41,638 nt of DNA from Candidatus Elarobacter sp. (GCA_036402855.1 DASWSC010000079.1:1-41638); one strand, 5' to 3'; positions 28,929 to 38,873 are shown, counted from the first letter of the stretch. Notes: generated by a model from the letters alone, not told the origin. Program-made: numbers and translations.

Positions 28929-29366
28929 GTGGAGGCCTCGCCGGGATCGCGTGACGGCGCCGAGTTGCTCGACCGGCTTCGATCGCTGCGGCTGCCTCGC
29001 GGGGACTACGCCGTCTTCGGAAGCGGTCCGCTGGTCGTCCGCGGCATCATCCCCGCGAGCGGCGATCTCGACGTCTTGGCACGCGGAGCGGCCTGGTCTC
29101 GCGCCCGTGAACTCGGGCCGCTCGTCGCGCTCCCGCAGTACGGCGTCGAGATCGTCGAACTGTGCGGCGGAGGAATCACGGTCGGGACGCGCTGGGGGAT
29201 CGGAACGTTCGACGCCGACGAGCTGATCGACGGGGCGGAGCTCATCGGCGGCTTGCCGTTCGTGCGGCTCGAGCACGTCCGCCGCTACAAGCAGATCGCA
29301 CAGCGGCCGAAGGATCTGGCGCACGTCGCCGCGCTCGACGCCTGGGAGCGCGCGCACCCCGGCTGA
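28929..29366 (+). CDS. Small nucleotidyltransferase-like protein
   Basis: YAVFGSGPL...SGDLDVL (GS..DxD) and terminal RPKD; start uncertain. Confidence 0.55.
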   Translation: MEASPGSRDGAELLDRLRSLRLPRGDYAVFGSGPLVVRGIIPASGDLDVLARGAAWSRARELGPLVALPQYGVEIVELCGGGITVGTRWGIGTFDADELIDGAELIGGLPFVRLEHVRRYKQIAQRPKDLAHVAALDAWERAHPG

Positions 29367-29466
29367 GACGCCGGCACGGCCGAACCGGCTCGTCCAAAGG
29401 CGGCGATCGCGCCGGCTGTGGACGCCGCGGGGTGGAGTGCCGCGCCGTGACGGGGAAGCCGCGCGC

Positions 29467-30345
29467 GTGAGGATCGCTGAGAAGCTCTCGACGCGGCGGC
29501 CGTTCTTCTCGTTCGAGTTCTTTCCGCCGAAGAGCGACGAGGCGGAACGGAACCTCTTCGAGACGATCGCGACGCTGAAGCCGCTCGACCCGGGCTTCGT
29601 CTCGATCACCTACGGCGCGGGCGGTTCGACGCGCACCCGCACGGTCGACATCGCCAAACGGCTCAAGAGCGAGGCGGGCTTCGACGTGATGGCGCACGTC
29701 ACGTGCGCCGGGGCGACGGCCGACGAGCTGCGCGGCCTGCTGAACGACCTGCGGCGCTCGGGGATCGAGAACATCATGGCGCTGCGAGGCGACCCGCCGC
29801 GCGGGACGGAGACCTTCGTGGTCGCCGAAGGCGGTCTGCGCTATGCCAGCGATCTCGTCCGGCTGCTGAAGAGCGAGTTCTCGTTCTGCGTCGGCGGCGC
29901 GTGCTATCCGGAGAAGCACCCCGAAGCGCCGAGCCTCGATGCGGATCTCCACGCGCTGTGCGGGAAGGTTCGCGCCGGAGCGGAGTTCCTGGTGACGCAG
30001 CTGTTCTTCGACAACGCGCGCTACTTCGAGTTCGTCGAGCGCGCGCGCGCCTGGGGGATCAAGGTTCCGATCCTGCCCGGGATCATGCCGATCACGAACT
30101 ACGATCAGATCGACCGTTTCACGCGGCAGTGCGGCGCGGTGATCCCGCCGAGCCTGCGGGACGCGCTCGAAGAGCGGCGAGACGATCCGAACGCCGTGGT
30201 CGATCTCGGCGTCGCGTACATGACGCTGCAAGTCGCGGACTTGCTCGCGCGCGGCGCGCCCGGGGTGCATTTCTACACGCTCAACCGCTCGCCGGCGACC
30301 CGCGCGGTCGTCTCCGCGATGCTCGCCGCACGCCGCGCATGGTGA
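29467..30345 (+). CDS. metF: 5,10-methylenetetrahydrofolate reductase
   Basis: SFEFFPPK, SITYGAGGSTR, ALRGDPP, YPEKHPEA, TQLFFDN, HFYTLNRS. Confidence 0.96.
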   Translation: MRIAEKLSTRRPFFSFEFFPPKSDEAERNLFETIATLKPLDPGFVSITYGAGGSTRTRTVDIAKRLKSEAGFDVMAHVTCAGATADELRGLLNDLRRSGIENIMALRGDPPRGTETFVVAEGGLRYASDLVRLLKSEFSFCVGGACYPEKHPEAPSLDADLHALCGKVRAGAEFLVTQLFFDNARYFEFVERARAWGIKVPILPGIMPITNYDQIDRFTRQCGAVIPPSLRDALEERRDDPNAVVDLGVAYMTLQVADLLARGAPGVHFYTLNRSPATRAVVSAMLAARRAW

Positions 30346-30397
30346 CGGTAACCTTTCGGCAACGGCGTGCGCCGGCGGGGACGGCTACGCTTCCCGC

Positions 30398-30664
30398 ATG
30401 GATGCCTTCGAAGGACTGCTCCGCGACGCGCTGCTGCTGACGGCGCTGCTGACCCTCCCCGTCCTGCTCGTCGCGACCGCGGCCGGCGCGGCGGTCGCGG
30501 TGGTGCAGGCGGCGACGCAGGTGCAGGAGCAGACGCTGACGCTGCTCCCGAAGCTGATCGCGGTCGCGATCGTGATCGTGCTGTTCGGGCGCTTCGGGAT
30601 GAGCCTCTGCGAGCGGCTCTTTCACGACGTCGTCTTGCGCATGCCGCTGCTCGCACGCGGATGA
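30398..30664 (+). CDS. fliQ: Export gate protein FliQ/SctS
   Basis: QAATQVQEQTLTLLPKL. Confidence 0.93.
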   Translation: MDAFEGLLRDALLLTALLTLPVLLVATAAGAAVAVVQAATQVQEQTLTLLPKLIAVAIVIVLFGRFGMSLCERLFHDVVLRMPLLARG

Positions 30665-31392
30665 GCGCACCGGCGTTCGACGCCACCACGCTGCTCGTGC
30701 TGGCGCGGGCCGCCGGGCTGGTCGCGCGCGCGCCCGGGTTCTCGCATCCGTCGGTTCCGCCGATCGTGCGCGCCGGGCTGGCGCTCGCGCTCGCGTGCGC
30801 CGTCGCACCGGCGGTCGCCCCGGTGCGCGGTGCGGATTTGGCCGAGCTCGTCCTCGCGCTCGCGGCGAACGCCGCGACCGGCGCGGCGATCGGCTTCGGC
30901 GCCTCGCTGCTGTACGACGGCGCCTACTTCGCCGGCCGCACGGTCGACGATTACCTGGGCGTGCGCGGGAGCGTGCCGGGTGCGAACGTCACGAGCGCGC
31001 AGGCGTTCGGGCGGCTGTGGTCGTCGGTGTTTCTGGTAGCGTTCGTGCTACTCGACGGCTGGGTGCCGGTCGTCCGCGCCTTCGCCGGCTCGTTCGCGCA
31101 CGTCGGCGCGACGGGATTTCCGTCGTCGGCTTCATGGCGCGCGTTCGCGCTCGACGTCCCGGCCGCGATCGTGCGCGCGGCGTTCGAGGTCGCGGCCCCG
31201 GCCATCGCGGTCGCTGCGGCGCTCCAGCTCGCGCTCGCGGCGGTGGCGCGCGTCGTGCCGCGGTTCTCGAGCCTGAGCATCGCGTTTCCGGCGGTCTTCG
31301 CGGCCGCGCTCGCCGTCACGCTGGCGACGCTCCCGCTCCTCGCGCGCGCGGGCGCGCACCCGTGGCTCGTCGTGCCGTGGAGCCTCCGGTGA
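30661..31392 (+). CDS. fliR: Export gate protein FliR/SctT
   Basis: APGFSHPSVPPIVRAGLA, AGRTVDDYLG, VARVVPRFS; between fliQ and flhB. Confidence 0.82.
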   Translation: MSAPAFDATTLLVLARAAGLVARAPGFSHPSVPPIVRAGLALALACAVAPAVAPVRGADLAELVLALAANAATGAAIGFGASLLYDGAYFAGRTVDDYLGVRGSVPGANVTSAQAFGRLWSSVFLVAFVLLDGWVPVVRAFAGSFAHVGATGFPSSASWRAFALDVPAAIVRAAFEVAAPAIAVAAALQLALAAVARVVPRFSSLSIAFPAVFAAALAVTLATLPLLARAGAHPWLVVPWSLR

Positions 31393-32435
31393 GCGACGAG
31401 AAACGGTACGAGCCGACCCCGTCGCGCAAAAGCCGCGCGCGGCGCGAGGGGAACGTCGCGCGCTCGGTCGAGCTCACGAGCGTCGCCGCGTTCGCGGGTG
31501 CGATCGTTGCGGCGGTCGTCGCCGTCCCGCTGGTCGCCGCAGCGGCCGCGGCGGCGGTGCGCCTCGCCGCCCGGCATGCGAGCGCAAACGCAGGCGCCGC
31601 AACACCGGGCAGGTTCGCCGCGGCGGCGATCGTGATGTGCGCCCTGCTCCCGGCGGCGGCCGCCGCGGCCGGCGGTGCGCTCGCGGCGCTGGTGCAGGGC
31701 GGCGGACTGCGCGTCGTCCCGCTGCGCGCCGACGCGAAGCGCCTCGACCCGATCGCCGGGTTCAAGCGCATCCTCGGCGGCGAGACGCTGGTCGCGCTCT
31801 GTCGCGCCGTGCCGGCGTTGGCGGCCGCGCTGCTGGCGATGGTGCCGATCGCGCGCGATGCGATCGGCGGCGCCGCGCTGCTGAGCTCGCCGGCTGCCGC
31901 GGGAGCCCTCGTCGCGTCGGCGGCGCTGCGCGCGTGCGGCGCGGCTCTCGCCGTCGGCGCGGCGTTCGCCGTCGCCGACTACGCGCTGACGCGGCGGCGC
32001 TGGCTGCGCGGCCTCAAGATGTCGCACGACGAGCTCAAGCGCGACACGAAGGAGAACGACGGCGACGCGCATGCCCGCGCGCGGCGGAAGAGCGCCCACC
32101 GCACGATCGTGCGCGGCGCCGTCGGCCGAACCCGCGAGGCGAGCTTCGTCGTGGTGAACCCGACCCACGTCGCGGTCGCGCTCCGCTACGATCCGCCCGC
32201 GGTCGCGGTCCCGGAAGTCCTCGTGCGGGCGGTCGACGAGGCGGCGTTGCGCGTCCGCGCGATCGCGCGCGAGCACGGCGTCCCGATCGTCGAAGACATT
32301 GCGCTCGCGCGGCTCTTGTACGCGCAGGGCGAGAGCGGCCGCGCGATCCCCGCCGATGCGTACGTCGCGGTGGCCCAGGTCGTCGCGGCCCTGGCGCGCG
32401 ACGGTCTGCTCGGGGCGGAGGCCGCGGCCCGGTGA
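31389..32435 (+). CDS. flhB: Substrate-switch protein FlhB/SctU
   Basis: EKRYEPTPSRKSRARREGNV, LKMSHDELKRDTKENDGD, autocleavage motif NPTH. Confidence 0.92.
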   Translation: MSDEKRYEPTPSRKSRARREGNVARSVELTSVAAFAGAIVAAVVAVPLVAAAAAAAVRLAARHASANAGAATPGRFAAAAIVMCALLPAAAAAAGGALAALVQGGGLRVVPLRADAKRLDPIAGFKRILGGETLVALCRAVPALAAALLAMVPIARDAIGGAALLSSPAAAGALVASAALRACGAALAVGAAFAVADYALTRRRWLRGLKMSHDELKRDTKENDGDAHARARRKSAHRTIVRGAVGRTREASFVVVNPTHVAVALRYDPPAVAVPEVLVRAVDEAALRVRAIAREHGVPIVEDIALARLLYAQGESGRAIPADAYVAVAQVVAALARDGLLGAEAAAR

Positions 32436-34465
32436 ACGGACGGCTCACCACCGCGTTCGCGGTCGCCGTGCTCGGCGTCGTCGCGATCCTGATCGTCCCG
32501 CTCGCGCCGGCGCTGCTCGACGTCCTCCTGGCGCTGAACGTCTTCGGGTCGGCGCTCGTGCTGCTGATCAGCCTGCGCGTCGAGGAGCCGCTGGAGTTCT
32601 CCGCGTTCGCGCCCTCGCTGCTGCTCGCGACGCTGTTCCGGCTCGCGCTCGACGTCAGCGCGACGCGTTTGATCCTTACGCAGGGTCACGATGCCGGCGG
32701 GGTCGGCGCGCTGATCCCGGCGTTCGGCCAGTTCGTCGTACGCGGCAACGTGGTCGTGGGCTTGATCGTCTTCGCGATCCTGATCACGATCCAGTTCGTC
32801 GTCATCGCGAGCGGCGCGCAGCGCGTCGCCGAGGTGTGCGCGCGGTTCACGCTCGACGCGATGCCCGGGAAGCAGATGGCGATCGACGCCGACCTGCACG
32901 CGGGGATGCTCGACGCCGACGTCGCGCGCCGCAAGCGCGCGCGGGTGCAGCGCGAGGCCGACTTCTACGCCGCGATGGACGGCGCCGGGAAGTTCGTGAA
33001 GGGCGACGCCGTCGCGGCGCTCGTCATCGTCGTGCTGAACCTGCTCGGCGGCGTCCTGGTCGGGACGCTCTATCACGGGATGCCGCCGCTCGAGGCGATC
33101 GAGACCTTCGCGATCCTCTCGATCGGCAACGCGCTGCTCACGACGCTGCCCGCGTTCCTCATCTCCACCGCGATGGGGCTGATGGTGACGCGCGTCGCCG
33201 GCGACGGCGCGCTCGGCGTCGATCTCGCGTTGCAGCTCTCGGCGCGGCCCGACGTGCTGCGCGTCGCGGCCGTCCTCGTGCTCGCGCTCGCGTTCGTTCC
33301 CGCCTTCCCCGGTCCGCTGTTCGGTACGATCGGCGTGCTGGCGTTCGGCGGGGCGCTGCTTGCGGAACGGCACAAGCGGCGTGCCGACGAGCGCGCGGGC
33401 GCGGTGCGCGAGCAGCGCCGGCGCGACGCCGTTCGCCGGCCGGAGACCGCGTTCGGGCTGGTCGGCGTCGACGCGCTGGCGATCGACGTCGGCGCCGACC
33501 TCTTTCCGCTGCTCGTCGCGCCGAACTGCGACGCGCTGCTCGACCGCATCGCCGACGTCCGCCGCTCGCTCGCCGCCGAGACCGGGATCGTGATCCCCGG
33601 CGTCCGCCTGCGCGACGATCCGCTCCGCGATCCGCGCACGTATGCGATCCGCGTGCGCGACTGCGTCGCCGCGGAAGGCGTGGTGCGGCTCGACCGTCTG
33701 ATCGCCGTCGGCGGGCCCGAGGTGCTCGAACGTCTCGGGGGCGAGCCGGCGACGGAGCCGGTCTACGGACTGGACGCGCGCTGGATCGAGGAGGACGACG
33801 TCGCGCGCGTCCAGGCCGCCGGCGCGCTGACGTTCGACGCGATCTCGATCCTCGGTTCGCACCTGGCCGAGGTCGCGCGCTGCCACGCCGCGGAGCTCTT
33901 CGGACGCCAGGAACTGCAGACGCTGCTCGAGCACTTGCGCGGCGCCGTACCGGCGGTCCTCAAGGACGTCGGAACCGACCTCGTGCCGCTCGCCGCGGCG
34001 CACCGCGCGTTCGGACACCTCTTGCGCGAGCGCGCCTGGCCGCGCGATCCGGTCGCCGTCTTCGAAGCGATGACCGACGCGGCCGCGACGACGCGCGAGC
34101 CGCGCGAGCTCGCCGAAGCGGTGCGGCGGAGCGTCGTACCGCTCCAGCTCCGCCGGGACGGCGTCTCGGCGCTGCGACCGCTGATCCTCGATCCGGCCTT
34201 CGAAGCCGAGCTCGTGCGGATGTGGTCGCCCGAGAGCGGGCTCGCACCCGACCCGGCGACGGCGCTGCACCTGCGCGAGTCGGTCGTGCGCTACGCCGCG
34301 CACGACGAACGCGCCCCGCATGCGCTCGTCGTCACGGCGGCGCTGCGACCGCTGCTCGCCGAGTTTCTCCAGCGCACGGCATCCCGTGTTCCGGTCTATG
34401 CCTACACCGAGCTTCCCCCGGAGCTCGAGCTCGAACCCGCCGGGGTGATCGACGGACACGCGTGA
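32432..34465 (+). CDS. flhA: Export gate protein FlhA/SctV
   Basis: LFRLALDVSATR, RVAEVCARFTLDAMPGKQMAIDADL, MDGAGKFVKGD; full cytoplasmic domain. Confidence 0.95.
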   Translation: MNGRLTTAFAVAVLGVVAILIVPLAPALLDVLLALNVFGSALVLLISLRVEEPLEFSAFAPSLLLATLFRLALDVSATRLILTQGHDAGGVGALIPAFGQFVVRGNVVVGLIVFAILITIQFVVIASGAQRVAEVCARFTLDAMPGKQMAIDADLHAGMLDADVARRKRARVQREADFYAAMDGAGKFVKGDAVAALVIVVLNLLGGVLVGTLYHGMPPLEAIETFAILSIGNALLTTLPAFLISTAMGLMVTRVAGDGALGVDLALQLSARPDVLRVAAVLVLALAFVPAFPGPLFGTIGVLAFGGALLAERHKRRADERAGAVREQRRRDAVRRPETAFGLVGVDALAIDVGADLFPLLVAPNCDALLDRIADVRRSLAAETGIVIPGVRLRDDPLRDPRTYAIRVRDCVAAEGVVRLDRLIAVGGPEVLERLGGEPATEPVYGLDARWIEEDDVARVQAAGALTFDAISILGSHLAEVARCHAAELFGRQELQTLLEHLRGAVPAVLKDVGTDLVPLAAAHRAFGHLLRERAWPRDPVAVFEAMTDAAATTREPRELAEAVRRSVVPLQLRRDGVSALRPLILDPAFEAELVRMWSPESGLAPDPATALHLRESVVRYAAHDERAPHALVVTAALRPLLAEFLQRTASRVPVYAYTELPPELELEPAGVIDGHA

Positions 34466-34530
34466 GGGGAGTCGGCGCGCTCCGGGTCAAACGACCGTCG
34501 TCCCCACGTACCGGAGCGCCTTCTTTCGAC

Positions 34531-35607
34531 ATGACGCTATGTCTTGACGCCGTTCGGTCCGATGATCTCCGCGATTGGCTGCTCTTCGCGCCGATCCAGC
34601 CGCTCAGCGGACCGCACCGGGGGGGCGTTGCGGGGTGGCTCGACGAGGCGGACCGTCCGGCCTTCGTGTACGGCGAGATCACCGGGTATTTCCTGACGTG
34701 CGGGCGTTTCATGGCGCGCCACGATGACAGCGAAGCGCTCCGCCGGCGGCTGACGGCCGCGGACGCGTGGCTCGATTCCGTCTGGCGTGACGCGCCGCCC
34801 CCGACGCGCCACTATCTCGCGCCCGCCGCGCCCGACTGGCGCAACGAGGCCGTGTTCTCGTTCGACTGCGCGATGATGCTGCGCGGGCTGAACGGCATCG
34901 CGACGGAGCGCGCGGCGCGGACCCGCGCGACGATCGAAGCGGCGCTGCTCCGCACCGTCGGACCCGACGGGACGCTGCGCACGCACGTCCCGCGCGCCGG
35001 CGACGCCGCGCTCCCCGAGCGGTGGTCGACGAGGCCGGGCCCGTTCCAGCTCAAAACGGCTGCGGCGATCCTTTCGGCGCCCTGCTCGGCCCCGCTGCGC
35101 GCCGCCGCCGAAGCGACTGCTGCGCGCTGGCTCGGCTGGTACTGCGCGCACGAGCCGGCGGGCGAGCTGCACCCGCTGCTGTACCATATCGAAGGGCTGC
35201 TGCTGCTCGGCGGCCAGCGTCTCGACTGGGCGCTCTGGCGCTTCGCCGCCGAGATCTTCGGCGAGATCATGGCGCGTCAGCGGCGCGACGGCGACCTTCC
35301 CTCGACGCTCTCCGACGCGTCGTCGGAGTCGCGATCCGACGTCACCGCGCAGGCGCTTCGCGCCGGGTCGCTCCTCGCGGCGGCGGGATTCCTGACGGCC
35401 GGCGACGCGCGACGGCTGGGCGGACTCGCCGAAGCGCTGAGCGGCTACGCCGATCGCGGCTGCGGCGTCCGCTTCCGTCGTGCGAACCCCGCCGAGGCGC
35501 ACGTCAACGTGTGGTGCACGGTCTTCGCGTACCAAGCGCTCTCGCTGTACGAGCGCACCGGCGCCGGGACCGCCGTCGACGAGCGCATCCTCGACGCGGT
35601 CGCATGA
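34531..35607 (+). CDS. Hypothetical (alpha/alpha)-barrel-like protein associated with glycosyltransferases
   Basis: VYGEITGY, HPLLYHIEGLL, RSDVTAQALR, NVWCTVFAYQAL; coupled to the next gene. Confidence 0.6.
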   Translation: MTLCLDAVRSDDLRDWLLFAPIQPLSGPHRGGVAGWLDEADRPAFVYGEITGYFLTCGRFMARHDDSEALRRRLTAADAWLDSVWRDAPPPTRHYLAPAAPDWRNEAVFSFDCAMMLRGLNGIATERAARTRATIEAALLRTVGPDGTLRTHVPRAGDAALPERWSTRPGPFQLKTAAAILSAPCSAPLRAAAEATAARWLGWYCAHEPAGELHPLLYHIEGLLLLGGQRLDWALWRFAAEIFGEIMARQRRDGDLPSTLSDASSESRSDVTAQALRAGSLLAAAGFLTAGDARRLGGLAEALSGYADRGCGVRFRRANPAEAHVNVWCTVFAYQALSLYERTGAGTAVDERILDAVA

Positions 35608-38600
35608 TCGCACCGGAGATCGATCGCACGATCGATCTGCGCACCGGCGACATGCCGAGCGTGCTGTGGATCGAGCTGACGTCGGACTCCGGCGAGATGG
35701 ATTTCGGCTTCTACCGGTCGGTTCTGGCGCAACTCGTTCGTCCTTCGCTGCTGCGCCTGACCTGTTCCGGCGAGTCGATCCACCCGCGTATCGCCGAAGC
35801 GGTCGAGCTTGCCGCAGCGACCGGCGCCGTCACCGAGATCGTCTCGGCGTCCGCGACGGTCCCCGACGATGAGATGGAGCGTTTGGTGCGCAGCGGGCTC
35901 CGGCGTTTCACGATCGCCCCGCCCGGCGGAAGGCCGGCGTCGCCGGAGGTCGCTGCGACCCGGGAGCTGGACGGCGTGCCGCGGCGTTTCGCGGGGCCGC
36001 TCCCGCCGCAGGCGCGCATCCACACGTGCGATCAAGATCCGTGGGATACCGTTCGCGTCCTCGCCGGCGGCGACGTCGTCGTCTGTGAGGTGCGCAAGAC
36101 GATCGTGATGGGCAACCTGCGCGAGCGCAGCCTGCGCGAGATCTGGCGCAGCGACGGCTATCGCGGGTTTCGCAGGGACTACGCCGGCGGCCGCCCCGCC
36201 GCGTGCCGCGGTTGCCCGTACAAGGTCGCGTACCGCCCGGCGCCGCCGAGGGCCGCGATCGACCTCGACGGCGGGATGGATCCGCAGCTTCTGCGCGGCT
36301 GGTATCCGGCGGAGTCCGGGATCACGTGGAGCATGGGCCGCTCGCTCGCGACGCTGACGCCGTTGCGCGCGGCGCGAGCGCTCCGCATCGAGGGAATCTT
36401 GCCGCCGGGGTCGGGCGGCGTCCGCAACGAACTGGTCGTCGAGGCCGGCGGCAGGCGCATCGGCACGATCGTGAACGCGTCGTCCGAGATGCTGCAGTTC
36501 GACACGGAGCTGCCGTTCCGCGGATCGCTCAAAGGCGACGTGACGTGCACGTTCGATGCGACGCTCGTCTACCGCCCGGCGGAGCACGGCGGCGCGGACT
36601 CGCGTGCGATGGGGTTCGCGCTGCGCAGGGTCGCGCTGGTCGAAGCGGCGGTCGAGGAGGTCCCGGCGGCGCCGCGACCGCGCCGGATCGACGGCATCCG
36701 TCGAAGGCTGCGGATGGTTCGCCTGGCGGCGACGTTGCGCGCCGCGCGCGCCGTCCTGTCGCTCGCCGGTCGCGTGCCGCGCCGGCGCCGTCCGCCCGTC
36801 ACGGAATGGCGGCCGGGGCTGAGCATCATCGTCCCCGAGCGCGCGAACGCCGTGATGCTCGGCGAGACGCTCGAGCGCGCCCACCGTGCGGCGCGCGCCA
36901 CCGGGGAGCCCTTCGAGCTGATCGTGGTGGTGAACGGCTGCGCGCTCGACGACTATCGCGGGCTGATCGACGGGTATCCCGGGACGCGCTGGCTGCACTC
37001 CGCAGAACCGCTCGGTTTCGCCGAAGCGGTGCGGCGCGGGATGCGCGACGCGCGCTACGACGGCGTCTACCTGCTCAACAGCGACATGTTGCTCGAGGAC
37101 GACGCGCTGCTCGCGCTCCTGCCGTGGCGCGCACCGAACGTCTTCGCGATCGCCTCGCAGATCTTCTTCGTCGACCGCACCCGCCGCCGCGAGGAGACCG
37201 GGTGGACCGACTTCGCCGTCGAGCCCGCCGGCGTGCGTGCGTTCGACGTCGAGCCCGATGCCGGCGGGATGGTGCGCGGCAACCTGTACCCGAGCGGCGG
37301 GTCGTCGCTGTTGCGCCGGCAGTACTTCGAGCGGCTCCAGAACCGCCGCGATCCCTACGCGCCGTTCTACTGGGAGGACGCGGAGTGGGGGCTGCGGGCG
37401 TGGCGGGAAGGCTACGAAGTCCTGTTCTGTCCCGAGTCGCGCGCGCATCATCATCATCGCGCGACGATCGGGCGCTTCTTCGCGCGCGAGGACGTCGAAC
37501 GGATCTTCGAGCGCAACGCGATGCAGTTCACGTTGCGCAACCTGCTCGGCTCGATCGACACCCGGGCGTTCCTCGAGGCCGCAGGCGATCCGGCGCGCTG
37601 TTCCGATCTCACCCGCCGCGAGCTCACCAGCGTGCGGAACACGCTCGCGCTGATCGCCGCGCAATGGCGGCTGGGACGCGCACCGTGCGGCGACGCGCCG
37701 CTGCGTCACCTGCGCCGGAAGTTCTATCCGCCGCGCGACCCTGCGTCCGCCGCGAAGCCCGTCCTCCTCGTCGCGTCGCCGTACGCGGTCTACCCGCCCG
37801 CGCACGGCGGCGCGATCCGCATCGCCGAGCTGTTGCGCACGCTGCGAGCGACGTACCGCGTGGTGCTCCTCAGCGACGAGGAGTCGCTCTACACGGCGGA
37901 GAGCGAGCGGCATTTCGCCGGCCTCCACGCCGTGCATCTGGTCGGCGGGCGGCCGCGTGAGATGCCGGAGAACGTCGGGCGGCGGATCCCGCGGATCCTC
38001 AACCACACGCACGAGGCGTTTCGCGCGGAGCTGCGCCGCCTGCTGGTCGCCGACGAGCCGGAGGTCGTCCAGATCGAATACGTCGAGCTCGCGGCGTCGG
38101 TCGCGGAGCGGCGCAACGGCGCGGCATGGTTTCTCACGCTGCACGACGCGCTCTTCACGGCGGACGGTACGACCGAGGAGGACCGCTTCGAGCGCGCGCT
38201 CGTCGAACGCTACGACGCCGCGGTCGTGTGCTCGTCGGAAGATGCGGCACTGGTGCGCGGCGTCCCGGCCGAGGTCGTGCCGAACGGGACGCGGCTGGCG
38301 GAGGTGCCGTACGTTCCGTCCCGCGGAAACGTCGAGATCCTCTTCGCCGGACCGTTCCGCTACACGCAGAACCTCGAAGGGATCCGTGCGTTCCTCGAGC
38401 TGGTCTACCCGCGGCTGAAAGAGGCCGTCCCGCAGGTGCGCGTCGTCGTCCTCGGCGGCAACGGCGCGCCGGCGATCGCACGAACGATTGCATGCTTCGA
38501 CCAGCCCGGCGTCGAGGTGCGCGAGTACGTCCCGAACGTCGCGCCGTTGCTCGAGCGCTGCGCCCTCACCATCAACCCGCTCTACGGGATTCGCGGGTCG

Positions 38601-38873
38601 AGCATCAAGCTGATCGAGTCGGTCGCCGCCGGACGCGTCTGCGTCTCGACGCGCGAAGGCGCGCGCGGGTTCCTCGGTGCCGAGCAGGCCGCGCTGGTGA
38701 TCGTCGACCGGATCGACGACTTCGGCCCGCCGCTCGAGCGCCTGCTGCTCGACGAGCCGTATCGGCTCGCGCTGGAGCGGCCCGCGCCGGAGGTGCGAGC
38801 CGCAAGCTCGTGGGCGTCCTCGGCGCACGATCTGCTCGCCGTCTACGGGCGATACGCGACCGGCCGTGGGTGA
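35604..38873 (+). CDS. Fusion protein: degenerate radical SAM + SPASM/twitch + beta domain + GT2 + GT4 glycosyltransferases
   Basis: WIELTS..MDF without CxxxCxxC; CDQDPW..GDVVVC..MGNL..W..CRGCP; SIIVP..LLNSDM..PFYWEDAEW; YPPAHGGA..GSSIKLIE. Confidence 0.8.
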   Translation: MIAPEIDRTIDLRTGDMPSVLWIELTSDSGEMDFGFYRSVLAQLVRPSLLRLTCSGESIHPRIAEAVELAAATGAVTEIVSASATVPDDEMERLVRSGLRRFTIAPPGGRPASPEVAATRELDGVPRRFAGPLPPQARIHTCDQDPWDTVRVLAGGDVVVCEVRKTIVMGNLRERSLREIWRSDGYRGFRRDYAGGRPAACRGCPYKVAYRPAPPRAAIDLDGGMDPQLLRGWYPAESGITWSMGRSLATLTPLRAARALRIEGILPPGSGGVRNELVVEAGGRRIGTIVNASSEMLQFDTELPFRGSLKGDVTCTFDATLVYRPAEHGGADSRAMGFALRRVALVEAAVEEVPAAPRPRRIDGIRRRLRMVRLAATLRAARAVLSLAGRVPRRRRPPVTEWRPGLSIIVPERANAVMLGETLERAHRAARATGEPFELIVVVNGCALDDYRGLIDGYPGTRWLHSAEPLGFAEAVRRGMRDARYDGVYLLNSDMLLEDDALLALLPWRAPNVFAIASQIFFVDRTRRREETGWTDFAVEPAGVRAFDVEPDAGGMVRGNLYPSGGSSLLRRQYFERLQNRRDPYAPFYWEDAEWGLRAWREGYEVLFCPESRAHHHHRATIGRFFAREDVERIFERNAMQFTLRNLLGSIDTRAFLEAAGDPARCSDLTRRELTSVRNTLALIAAQWRLGRAPCGDAPLRHLRRKFYPPRDPASAAKPVLLVASPYAVYPPAHGGAIRIAELLRTLRATYRVVLLSDEESLYTAESERHFAGLHAVHLVGGRPREMPENVGRRIPRILNHTHEAFRAELRRLLVADEPEVVQIEYVELAASVAERRNGAAWFLTLHDALFTADGTTEEDRFERALVERYDAAVVCSSEDAALVRGVPAEVVPNGTRLAEVPYVPSRGNVEILFAGPFRYTQNLEGIRAFLELVYPRLKEAVPQVRVVVLGGNGAPAIARTIACFDQPGVEVREYVPNVAPLLERCALTINPLYGIRGSSIKLIESVAAGRVCVSTREGARGFLGAEQAALVIVDRIDDFGPPLERLLLDEPYRLALERPAPEVRAASSWASSAHDLLAVYGRYATGRG

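Noticed and set aside
29367-29466. SAM or other riboswitch upstream of metF
   Set aside because: Short GC-rich spacer without SAM-I/IV or SAH consensus
19619-34465. Classical injectisome or decayed flagellar pseudogene cluster
   Set aside because: No secretin, needle or translocon, and subunits are flagellar-type; no frameshifts or internal stops, and catalytic motifs are intact
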